Below are positions 1-11,809 of a DNA stretch of 24,603 bases, piece after piece. Under the pieces are notes generated by a model, which worked only from the letters and a program-made list of their open reading frames with translations, did not search any database and had not been told where the DNA came from. Location of the stretch: positions 1 to 24,603 of the forward strand of contig CAXHJY010000053.1 of the NCBI GenBank assembly GCA_964016885.1, written 5' to 3'. Position numbers and translations under genes: made by a program. Within the stretch, counting starts at the first letter, position 1; the number at the start of each line of letters is the position of its first letter. This stretch comes from Eledone cirrhosa. Its lineage: Eukaryota.

Positions 1-25
1 GTGTGAATGTATTGATGCATAGGCA

Positions 26-65
26 TGTATATATATATATATACGTATATATATATATTTATATG

Positions 66-118
<53 letters not shown>

Positions 119-210
119 GTATATATATATATATATACGTATATATATATATATATACGTATATATATATATATATATATATACATATATATATAAATAT
201 ATATATATAC

Positions 211-244
<34 letters not shown>

Positions 245-276
245 GTAAGTACATATAGACACACACACACACACAC

Positions 277-308
<32 letters not shown>

Positions 309-320
309 CATATATACATA
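26..320. repeat. (AT)n microsatellite with short (AC)n
   Basis: Direct reading: AT dinucleotide runs interrupted by ACGT, ACAT and a short CA run. Confidence 0.95.
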
Positions 321-594
321 AAACTGGAACAGTGCATCTAGCTGTTAAGTGGCTGCACATGTGCAATTGTGCATATGATGCAGAATATACACATATGGTG
401 TATTTGGGAGAATTCGGATTTAGGGATTGGTGCCGGATTTCATGCAAACTTTAGCCGGATTAAAGTATATTTAAGTATTAACTTGCTGACTGCATCTACG
501 TCTGTGTATATATGTGTGTATGTGTGTGTATGTGTGTGTATGTGAATGTGCAGTACATGCATTGTTGGTGCACTGGTGTTGGTGGTGGTGGTGA

Positions 595-617
595 ATATAT
601 ATATATATATACGTATT

Positions 618-673
<56 letters not shown>

Positions 674-799
674 CATATATATACGTATTTATATATATAT
701 ATATATACGTATTTATATATATATATATATACGTATTTATATATATATATACGTATATATATATATATATATATACATATATACATATATATACGTATT

Positions 800-831
<32 letters not shown>

Positions 832-845
832 TACATATATATACG

Positions 846-889
<44 letters not shown>

Positions 890-917
890 TACATATATAT
901 ACGTATTTATATATATA

Positions 918-958
<41 letters not shown>

Positions 959-1012
959 TACATATATATATACGTATTTATATATATATATATATATATA
1001 CATATATATACG

Positions 1013-1052
<40 letters not shown>

Positions 1053-1053
1053 C

Positions 1054-1090
<37 letters not shown>

Positions 1091-1107
1091 ACGTATTTAT
1101 ATATATT

Positions 1108-1140
<33 letters not shown>

Positions 1141-1165
1141 GTATATATATATATATGTATGTATG
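595..1165. repeat. (AT)n tract punctuated by a recurring ACGTATTT motif
   Basis: ACGTATTT recurs many times between AT runs of variable length. Confidence 0.9.
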
Positions 1166-1252
1166 TGGTGGTGGTGGTGTTTTGGTGCAGTGTTGTGTGA
1201 AAATATAAATATTTAAGTATGTAAGTTTGTTCGAATTAGTCGGTCACACACC

Positions 1253-1330
<78 letters not shown>

Positions 1331-1334
1331 TACA

Positions 1335-1686
1335 CCCATCGAGACAAAAACTTATTCTAACTTATTCTATTTTCACCTCGGTTACTTACCTACAGGTCAC
1401 ATTGTCCCCTGTTCCCCCTTCTATTCGGTTTGTTTGCTTCCTTTTTTCACCTTACCCTCTTTTCCTTTCTTCTTCTCTCTTCGCTATCACTTCTTTCCCT
1501 CATGGACTTTTGATGGATAAAAGGCCTTGGGCGCGCTACGGTTCGATGTCCGGTTTTAAGCGCCGAAACCTCAACGATACGTAGTAAACAGCTGATGAAG
1601 GGCTACTTTTTATCTCCTGTTTACGTCCCTATTACCTTCTTACACTTTTTTTTCTGTAACCACACAGCCTGCCTCTATACCTGTAT
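1335..1686 (+). mobile_element. Probable Penelope-like retroelement terminal remnant
   Basis: Pyrimidine-rich tract followed by CCGAAAC (1563-1569) and CTGATGAAGGG (1592-1602), the hammerhead core words typical of Penelope-like element terminal repeats. No RT or GIY-YIG coding sequence is seen, so the family call is inference. Confidence 0.4.
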
Positions 1687-1939
1687 TTATATATATATAT
1701 ATAATATATATATATATAATATATATATATATATAATGTAAATATATATAAGTGTATATATATTTATATATATATATATATAATGTAAATATATATAAGT
1801 ATATATATATATAATGTAAATATATATAAGTATATATATATATAATGTAAATATATATAAGTATATATATATATAATGTAAATATATATAAGTATACATA
1901 TATATAATATAATATATATATATATGTAAATATATATAA

Positions 1940-1977
<38 letters not shown>

Positions 1978-2020
1978 TATATGTAAATATATATATATAT
2001 ATATATAATATATATATATG

Positions 2021-2085
<65 letters not shown>

Positions 2086-2112
2086 GTGTTTGTGTATATA
2101 TATATATATATA
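1687..2112. repeat. (AT)n tract with ~30 bp higher-order unit ATAATGTAAATATATATAAGT
   Basis: ATGTAAATATATAT recurs repeatedly between about 1735 and 2030, often followed by AAGT. Confidence 0.9.
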
Positions 2113-2267
2113 CCCAGTGCCATCAGGGCTGTGAGAGACAAACAGATATTATCAGAAATGATATGGAATGGTATGGAATCACCAATAGAAAAGATCTGTC
2201 CATAGTTTGCTGTTTTTTTAGGCGACCTTAAGATCAAATCGTTTTCCATTTTATAAATATGGTCTCA

Positions 2268-2320
2268 CATTCGGAGTTCGTGTCCCAGGCAAGGTCAAAT
2301 GGTACCTTCATTTCTTTCAT
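2268..2320 (+). mobile_element. Possible degenerate tRNA-derived SINE fragment
   Basis: GGAGTTCGTGTCCC resembles a decayed Pol III B box and is followed by AAGGTCAA..CCTTCATTTCTTTC, loosely like cephalopod SINE bodies as I recall them. No A box is seen. Confidence 0.2.
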
Positions 2321-2419
2321 CTATCATCCCCCTAAAATCTCATTGATCGGTACACGGTATATCGATTACAATTACTGATAGGAAAAGAAAGGGGACACAA
2401 CAATCGCACGATGTGTGTC

Positions 2420-2459
<40 letters not shown>

Positions 2460-2471
2460 GGGGAGAGAGAG

Positions 2472-2518
<47 letters not shown>

Positions 2519-2559
2519 GGGGAGAGAGAGAGATAGATAGATAGATAGATGGATAGATG

Positions 2560-2612
<53 letters not shown>

Positions 2613-2642
2613 TTATATGTATATATAGATAGATAGATAGAT
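2420..2642. repeat. (GATA)n tetranucleotide microsatellite
   Basis: Long TAGA runs with a duplicated GAGGGGAGAGAG interruption near 2458 and 2517. Confidence 0.95.
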
Positions 2643-2643
2643 A

Positions 2644-2692
<49 letters not shown>

Positions 2693-2886
2693 TCTGTTGT
2701 CTATTAAGTACACAATACAAAGTATTAAATGTTGGGTGGATTTGCCTGTAATAGACAATCAAAGGGTAAATATTGCAATGAATATATATACATACATGTA
2801 TATATATTTATGTATATATGTATATATATATATATATATGTATAAATATATCTATATATATATATATGTATATATATAAATATATG

Positions 2887-2919
<33 letters not shown>

Positions 2920-3098
2920 TAATATATATGTATATATATGTGTATATATATATGTATATATATATATATATATACACCAAGATGTACGTCTGTGTTTGAT
3001 GGTCTTGTATATATACATATATAAAAAAACTCCCAATAAATCTCGCTGACAATCTAGAACCATCTGAAAGGTTAATATCCCTTGATTTGTTCTCGTTT

Positions 3099-3099
<1 letters not shown>

Positions 3100-3157
<58 letters not shown>

Positions 3158-3265
3158 TTCTCTCAGTCTCTCTTTGGTTCTCCTTCTCTCTTTTCTACAC
3201 TCTCTCTCACTCTCTCCCTCTCTTTCTGTCTTTCTCTCAGTCTCTCTGTTCGGGATTTCTTTGGT

Positions 3266-3296
<31 letters not shown>

Positions 3297-3329
3297 GTTT
3301 ATCTCTCGTTCTTTCTGGGTCTTTGTAGT

Positions 3330-3380
<51 letters not shown>

Positions 3381-3468
3381 TTCTCTCAGTCTCTCTGTTC
3401 GGGATTTCTTTGGTTCTCCCTCCCTCTCTCTCTTCTACTCTCTCTCTCCGTCTCTTTCTCTCTCTCTA

Positions 3469-3507
<39 letters not shown>

Positions 3508-3650
3508 CGCCATGAGTCTCTATGGATCTCTCTCTCCCTCTCTGGTTTTTTGTCGTTCTCCCCCTCTCTCTCTCACTCTATCTCTCTCTCTATCTCTCCT
3601 CTCTTCCCCCTCTCCCTCCTCGCCTCTCCCCACTCTCCCCCGCTCTCCTC
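3100..3650. repeat. (CT)n/(CTGT)n polypyrimidine tract with internal duplications
   Basis: TTCTGTCTTTCTCTCAGTCTCTCT occurs near 3150, 3223 and 3372. The last two copies continue with GTTCGGGATTTCTTTGGTTCTCCCTC. Confidence 0.92.
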
Positions 3651-3834
3651 TTGTTTTGTTCATACAATTATCTGCTGTATTAGAGATATATGTAGCGATG
3701 ACAAGAAAAAGCCGAGTGAACCGTAGGGAGGGGGGGGGGGGCTGGATACAGGGAAGCGGCGTGGTAGGTATGTGTAGTGTAGCGGGATGCTCTGGCTATG
3801 AATACAACGTATGGGGCAGTGCGGGGCAGACAAG

Positions 3835-3836
<2 letters not shown>

Positions 3837-3899
<63 letters not shown>
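3837..3899. repeat. Perfect (GT)n microsatellite
   Basis: Uninterrupted TG run. Confidence 0.97.
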
Positions 3900-3901
<2 letters not shown>

Positions 3902-3969
3902 TGATATTATCAAAACGGTGTCAAGGTTTTGATAGCAATTTTTTTTTTTTGGGGGGGGGGCTTCCTTCT

Positions 3970-4197
3970 TATACATATGTATATATATGTGTGAGTATAT
4001 ATACATATATATGTATATATATATATATATGATATATATATATGTATATATATATATATATGATATATATATATGTATATATGTATATATATATATGATA
4101 TATATATGATATATATATGTATATATGTATATGTTTGTATACGTATATATATATGTTTGTATATGTATATATGTATATATATGTTTGTATATGTATA

Positions 4198-4235
<38 letters not shown>

Positions 4236-4637
4236 TGTATATGTATATATGTATATATATGGTGCCCCAGCATGGCCTCAGCCGGATGGCTGAAACAGGT
4301 AAAAGAGTAATATATATATGTTTGTATATATGTATATATATATATATATATGTTTGTATATATGTATATATATATATAATATATGTTTGTATATATGTGT
4401 ATATATATATATATGTTTGTATATGTATGTATATATATATATATATATATATGTTTGCATATATGTATATATATGTTTGTATATGTATATATGTATATAT
4501 ATATGTTTGTATATGTATTTATGTATATATACATATATATATGTATATATATGCATGTGTATGTATGTATATTTATATATATATATATGTGTATATGCAT
4601 ATATAGGTATATATATATATGTATATATAGGTATATA

Positions 4638-4686
<49 letters not shown>

Positions 4687-4772
4687 ATATGTATATATAC
4701 ATAAGTACATATACAAACATATATATATATATGCATATATAGGTATATATATATATATATATATACATATAT
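3970..4772. repeat. (AT)n tract punctuated by ATGTTTGTAT, interrupted by a SINE tail
   Basis: ATGTTTGTAT recurs on both sides of the 4261-4310 insert. Confidence 0.9.
4261..4310 (+). mobile_element. 5'-truncated SINE/LINE 3' tail (octopus-type SINE end)
   Basis: GC-rich 50-mer GGTGCCCCAGCATGGCC-TCAGCC-GGAT-GGCTGA-AACAGGTAAAAGAGTAA embedded in AT repeat, with a 6-bp stem-loop and a short A-rich tail. It matches my recollection of an abundant octopus SINE 3' end (not searched). Confidence 0.7.
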
Positions 4773-5381
4773 AAGTAAAACGACAAATTTTAAGTTCTTC
4801 CTTCTTTATAGGAAACATTTCTTTTCAGAGAATCAAAAAAAAAAAAGTGTTTTTAAACTTTTATTTTGCATTTAAAAAATCTTTTATTTTTTTATTTTTT
4901 ACACTGTTTTGACAAGAATAAACGTATTTTATTTTACAAATTTTAATCTAGTTGACATATATATATATAGAAATGGTGATTGGAGGGTTAAATCTGAAGT
5001 AGATTGATTGCTGTAGTTAAAATATCTAATTGATGTCAATCAGTTCGTGTCCTTTGTTGATGGAAGGATTTACATTTTAAATAATAGTAGCCCCTTTAAT
5101 CCGCAAGTTTCCTATCTTTTCTTCTGTGGTTTTCCATTTGTGACAGGGATATCTTGGCTGTGACACGTGACACGTCCCCTCTGGTTTTCAACAGTTAACA
5201 TCTTTTCCTATGAATGATTAAGCAGAAAATAACTGAAAACAGATTTGTGAATACAAATGTTTATAGTATCTTTACTGATGGAAAAATTGTTAAAATTTAC
5301 AGTATTAAAATAGAAAAGGGCTTAGACAGACATAGAGAGAGAGAGAGAGGCAAACACTCATAGACATAGATAGAGAGAAAG

Positions 5382-5425
<44 letters not shown>

Positions 5426-5677
5426 AAGTTATATTTAAATTGTTGGGTTACAACTAGTAAATATTTATAACTGATATAAAAGCACTCAAATCTGCCAAAT
5501 CAACTTTTTCAAATACAAGTCGATGTTGAACGGTATGTCAAATCTATTTATCTATAAAACTGTCTATATTGTATTTTGTCTGAAGAAGGCATAACATATT
5601 GTTAATATGATATCCCTGAAATATATATAATGAAATAAATATGGTTTTATAAATATAGTTTCCATTTATTTAATATC

Positions 5678-6070
<393 letters not shown>

Positions 6071-6118
6071 GATATATATACATACACATATAAACACTTA
6101 CACACACACACACATATA

Positions 6119-6160
<42 letters not shown>

Positions 6161-6322
6161 AGAGAGAGAGAGAGGGGGGAGGGGGAGGTGGGGGGCTAAC
6201 AAGCCAAGTTGGTGTATGATCTGGATTAGACTTGTGGATAATCTGTTGTTTGTTTTCCACGGATCAACGAGTTTTTGGTTTGAAGAGATTTGCTCAGAGT
6301 ACCAAAACCACCACCGCCACCA

Positions 6323-6600
6323 CCACCCCACCTTACCGACTGCCTCCGGCTCCACCCCACCACTCCACAGCCCTCCAACCCCACCAACGCAACCACCCCC
6401 ACCTCCATTCCTCCACCCCACCTTACCAACCTCCTCCAGCTCCACCCCCACCACTCCACAGCCCTCCACCCCAACCAACGCAACAACCCCCACCTCCATT
6501 CCTCCACCCCACCTTACCGACCTCCTCCAGCTCCACCCCCACCACTCCACAGCCCTCCAACCCCACCAACGCAACCACCACCACCTCCATTCCTCCACCC
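6323..6600. repeat. C-rich minisatellite, 90-91 bp unit, 3 copies
   Basis: Anchor CCTTACC at 6331, 6421 and 6512; CACTCCACAGCCCTCCA and CCACCTCCATTCCTCCACCC are present in each unit. Confidence 0.9.
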
Positions 6601-6694
6601 TCATCCATCAAATTACTTCTCACACCACCCACCCACGAGTTTCTATCTTAGAAGCCGCTTGTACCCAAGAAAAACGAAAAAAGAATAGTTTTTA

Positions 6695-7132
<438 letters not shown>

Positions 7133-7246
7133 ACAACACAGTGAGGGAATGTTAAACCTCTTTATTGGTAATGCTGTGATACACATTTCAATGACAACAT
7201 TGGCCACACGATTCCGTATACGCAGTGCCGTGACATCATCAGACAG

Positions 7247-7316
<70 letters not shown>

Positions 7317-7317
7317 A

Positions 7318-7386
7318 TACCCAGAAAAAAATGTATACACACTTCAACAGCATTCTAATCAAAGTGTGTATACATTTTTGCGGGAC
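7318..7386. mobile_element. Tc1/mariner-type MITE remnant (hairpin), family B
   Basis: Perfect 18-bp inverted repeat AAAAATGTATACACACTT (7327-7344) / AAGTGTGTATACATTTTT (7362-7379) with outer CCC/GGG. It resembles TIRs of the form CAGGGTGTCCC-A(n)-TGTATACAC as I recall them. Confidence 0.6.
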
Positions 7387-7477
7387 ATACATACACACAG
7401 ACACATGCATCTAAGTTTGTAGCGTCTCACGCCACCGCCAACATCTCCACGAATTACAACACTGACTGCCGCCGCCA

Positions 7478-8118
7478 CTACACCAGCACCACCACCACCG
7501 GCGCCACCACCAGCACCACCCGCACAAGCACTACCACCACCACCGCCACCACCACCGCCACCACTACCACCGCCACCACTACCACCTCCAATACCACCAC
7601 CACCACTACCACCACCATCACTACCACCTCCAATACCACCACTACAACCACCACCACCACCACCACCACCACCACCACCACCACCACTACAACCGCCACC
7701 ACTACCACCTCCAATACCACCACTACAACCACCACCACCACCACCACCACCACTACAACCACCACCACTACCACCACCACCACCACCACCTCCAATACCA
7801 CCACTACACCAGCACCACCACCACCAGCGCCACCACCAGCACCACCCGCACCACCACCACCACCACCACCACTACCACCGCCACCACTACAACCACCACC
7901 ACTACAACCACCACCACTACCACCGCCACTACAACCACCACCACCACCACCACCACCACCACTACAACCACCACCACTACCACCACCACCAGCACCACCC
8001 GCACCAGCACTACCACCACCACCACTACCACCACTACAACCACCACCACTACCACCACCACCACTACCACCACCACCACTACAACCACCACCACTACAAC
8101 CACCACCACCACCACCAC
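7478..8118. repeat. (CCA)n/(CTA)/(CAA) trinucleotide tract
   Basis: Direct reading. It produces the poly-Val ORFs on the minus strand. Confidence 0.95.
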
Positions 8119-8159
8119 TCTGTCAATATTTATACCTTTCAGCTAATCAGAGTAGTCAG

Positions 8160-8225
8160 CTGTACCACCGCTACCGGAAGCGTTCATGCGTGACCGGAAG
8201 CGCAGCACCGTTTCGCACCGTTAAA
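8160..8225. promoter_or_regulatory. Candidate cis-regulatory island with tandem ETS-type sites
   Basis: ACCGGAAGCG at 8173 and 8193 (exactly 20 bp apart) and GCACCGTT at 8205 and 8215. CpG-dense relative to its flanks. Confidence 0.4.
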
Positions 8226-8250
8226 TTCTGACTGCTTTTTAGTTGATTGA

Positions 8251-9350
8251 TGGTGGTGGTGGTTGTGGTGTTGGTGGTGGTGTGGTAGTAGTGTTGTTGG
8301 TGGTGGTGGTGGTGGTGTAGTGTGTAGTGGTGTGTTGTGGTGGTGGTGTAGTGTGTAGTGGTGTGTTGTGGTGTGTTGTGGTGGTGGTGGTGGTGGTAGT
8401 TGTAGTAGTGTTGTTGGTGGTGGTGGTGGTGTAGTGTGTAGTGGTGTGTTGTGGTGGTGGTGGTGGTGGTGGTGGTAGTTGTAGTAGTGTTGGTGGTGGT
8501 AATGGTAGTAGTGGTGGTGGTGTAGTGTGTAGTGGTGTGGTGGTGGTGGTGGTGGTGGTGTGGTAGTGGTGTGTTGTGGTGGTGGTGTAGTGTGTAGTGG
8601 TGTGTTGTGGTGGTGGTGGTGGTGGTAGTTGTAGTAGTGTTGGTGGTGGTAATGGTAGTAGTGGTGGTGGTGTAGTGTGTAGTAGTGTTGTTGTTGGTGG
8701 TGGTGTGGTAGTAGTGTTGTTGTTGGTGGTGGTGTAGTGTGTAGTGGTGTGTTGTGGTGGTGGTAGTTGTAGTAGTGGTGTGTTGTGGTGTGTTGTGGTG
8801 GTAGTTGTAGTAGTGTTGGTGGTGGTAATGGTAGTAGTGGTGGTGGTGTAGTGTGTAGTGGTGTGGTGGTGGTGGTGGTGGTGGCGAAGGTGTAAGTGTT
8901 TTTCGTAATAATTATTTTGGCAGTGGTGTTGGTTGTAGTGGTGGTGGTGGTTGTGGTGGTGGTGCTTCTATTGTTGATGTTGTTGTTGTTGTTGTAGTAG
9001 TTGTAGTGGTGGTACTTAAGCCGCTGAAGCTGGTAGTGTTGTTGTTAGTGGTGTTGCTGGTAGTAGTAGTAGTGGTGGTGTATAGGTTGTTGTTGTTGGT
9101 GGTGGTGGTGGTAGTAGTGTTGGTAGTAGTTGTAGTAGTGGTGGTATATAGGTTGCCGTTGGTGTTAGTGGTAGTAGCTGTAGTAGTAGTAGTGGTAAAT
9201 AATTACAACCGGGGTTAAATGGTGGTTGTTGTTGTTGTTGCTGTTGTGGTAGTAGTATTAGTGGTGGTGATTGTTTAGGCTGCTGTAGTTGTTGTTGTGG
9301 TGGTGGTGGTTGTTGTGGTTACTGTTGTTGTTGTTGAGGTTGTAGTTGGT
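8251..9350. repeat. (TGG)n/(TGT)/(TAG) degenerate trinucleotide tract
   Basis: Direct reading, with recurring GGTGTAGTGTGTAGTGGTGTG subunits. Confidence 0.93.
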
Positions 9351-9369
9351 TTGGGGTGAATGTTTCTTT

Positions 9370-9421
9370 AGCAGTAGTAGATTTAGTAGTAGTAGTAGTA
9401 GTAGTAGTAGTAATTGTTTAA

Positions 9422-9454
<33 letters not shown>

Positions 9455-9734
9455 ATTTAGTAGTAGTAGCAGTAGTAGTAGTAGTAGTAGTAGTAGTAAT
9501 TGTTTAATAGTAGTAGTAGTAGTAATTGTTTAATAGTAGTAGTAGTAATTGTTTAATAGTAGTAGTAGTAATAGTAGTAGTAGTAATTGTTTAATAGTAG
9601 TAGTAGTAATAGTAGTAGTAGTAGTAGTAGTAGTAATTGTTTAATAGTAGTAGTAGTAATAGTAGTAGTAGTAGTAGTTTTAGTAGTAGTAGTAGTAGTA
9701 GTAGTTTTAGTAGTAGTAGTAGTAGCGGTAGTTT

Positions 9735-9770
<36 letters not shown>

Positions 9771-9800
9771 CAGTAGTGTTAGTAGTAGTAGTTGTAGTGA
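9370..9800. repeat. (TAG)n tract punctuated by TAATTGTTTAA
   Basis: TAATTGTTTAA recurs between TAG runs from about 9411 to 9644. Confidence 0.93.
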
Positions 9801-9845
9801 TACTAAATGTAGCAGATTTGATGGTTGCTGTGTAGGAGGTAGTGT

Positions 9846-10271
9846 TGGTGGTGGAAGTAGAGGGGGTGTCGGTGGTATAGGCGGTGGTATAGGTGGTGGT
9901 AGTAGAGGGGGGTATAGGCGGTAGTATAGGTGGTGGTAGTAGAGGGGTGGTATAGGCGGTAGTATAGGTGGTGGTAGTAGGGGGGGTATAGGCGGTAGTA
10001 TAGGTGGTGGTAGTAGAGGGGTGGTATAGGCGGTAGTATAGGTGGTGGTAGTAGGGGGGGTATAGGCGGTAGTATAGGTGGTGGTAGTAGAGGGGTGGTA
10101 TAGGCGGTGGTATAGGTGGTGGTAGTAGGGGGGGTATAGGCGGTAGTATAGGTGGTGGTAGTAGAGGGGGGGTATAGGCGGTAGTATAGGTGGTGGAAGT
10201 AGAGGGGGGGGTATAGGCGGTAGTATAGGTGGTGGTAGTAGAGGGGTGGTATAGGCGGTAGTATAGGTGGT
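9846..10271. repeat. G-rich minisatellite, 36-39 bp unit, 11 copies
   Basis: TATAGGCGG at 9876, 9913, 9951, 9987, 10025, 10061, 10099, 10135, 10173, 10212 and 10250. Confidence 0.93.
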
Positions 10272-10356
10272 TTAAGAGTAACAATATCAACATCAGTAAC
10301 AACAGTAAAAACAAAACTTCGTATCAAATACATCTCGCCCCGCCCCCCCTCTCTCT

Positions 10357-10580
10357 CTATATATATATATATATACATACATACAATTTATATATATAAA
10401 TTGTATGTATGTATGTATGTATATATATATACATGTATATGTATATATATATATGTATGTATATGTATATATCTGTATATATGTATATATATGTATATAT
10501 ATATATGTATATATATATATGTATATATATATATGTATATATATATATACATATATATATATATGTATATATATATATAC

Positions 10581-10632
<52 letters not shown>

Positions 10633-10706
10633 GTATATATATATATGTATATATATATATGTATATATATATATACATATATATATATATGTATATATAT
10701 ATATAC

Positions 10707-10744
<38 letters not shown>

Positions 10745-10848
10745 GTATATATATATGTATGTATATATATATATGTATATATATATACGTATATATATAT
10801 ATGTATATATATATATACATATATATATATATGTATATATATATATAC

Positions 10849-10886
<38 letters not shown>

Positions 10887-11061
10887 GTATATATATATAT
10901 GTATGTATATATATATATGTATATATATATATGTATATATATATATGTATATATATATATGTATATATATATATGTATATATATATATGTATATATATAT
11001 GTATATATATATGTATATATATATATATATGTATATATATATGTATGTATATATATGTATA

Positions 11062-11107
<46 letters not shown>

Positions 11108-11152
11108 TATATGTATGTATATATATGTATATATATATGTATATGTATATAT

Positions 11153-11243
<91 letters not shown>

Positions 11244-11327
11244 TATATTATATATATATATATATACATATATATATGTATATATATATATACATATATA
11301 TATGTATGTATATATATATATATATAT

Positions 11328-11369
<42 letters not shown>

Positions 11370-11416
11370 GCACACACACATACATATATACATATACATG
11401 TGAATATACACACACA
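10357..11416. repeat. ~1 kb (AT)n/(ATGT)n microsatellite
   Basis: Direct reading. It is the source of the 290-400 aa IY-repeat ORFs. Confidence 0.95.
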
Positions 11417-11635
11417 TAAGGACCCCCCTGTCGCTAGCCCCTGTTACCAAAAACACACACACACACCTCCACCCACCAGAAACCCTCCACCACCCTCGCC
11501 TCACACCACCCTCCCCTGCCGTGACTGTGAAACGCTCATTTACCGGTCCAGACCGGATGTTGATTCAGGCTTCGGTAAATATTGATGGCGGCGGCGGTGG
11601 TGGTGGTGGTAACTGTGGTGTAGGGTAGGGTAGGG

Positions 11636-11772
11636 TGGTGGTGTAGAGTATGGTGGTGGTGGTGGTGGTGGTAGATGGCGGTGTGGGGTAGTGTATGGTG
11701 GTGGTGGTGGTGTAGAGTATGGTGGTGGTGGCGGTGGTAGATGGCGGTGTGGGGTAGTGTATGGTGGTGGTG
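11636..11772. repeat. ~68 bp tandem duplication inside a (GGT)n tract
   Basis: GGTGTAGAGTATGGTGG...GGTAGATGGCGGTGTGGGGTAGTGTATGGTGG is present twice. Confidence 0.85.
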
Positions 11773-11809
11773 GAGAAGAACGAGGGGTTCGGATATTCAG
11801 TCACGCCTC

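Noticed and set aside
354-365. 12-bp palindrome TGCACATGTGCA
   Set aside because: A single short palindrome in CA/TG-rich sequence is expected by chance.
4775-5670. Exons in the AT-rich unique region (acceptor-like TTTTCAG and GACAG)
   Set aside because: No open frame with a matching donor and no recognisable peptide; it looks like intron or intergenic DNA.
7478-8118. Poly-Val, poly-Thr or poly-His protein
   Set aside because: Pure trinucleotide repeat with no unique coding flanks or splice support.
9553-10378. Secreted mucin-like protein (hydrophobic N-terminus plus Thr/Pro repeats)
   Set aside because: Unit lengths of 36-39 bp shuffle the reading frame between repeats, and the hydrophobic stretch comes from low-complexity TTG/CTG sequence.
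10293-11585. Long 290-400 aa ORFs (and all other IY, VC, LS and TH repeat ORFs in the window)
   Set aside because: They are translations of stop-free dinucleotide repeats, open in several frames on both strands.
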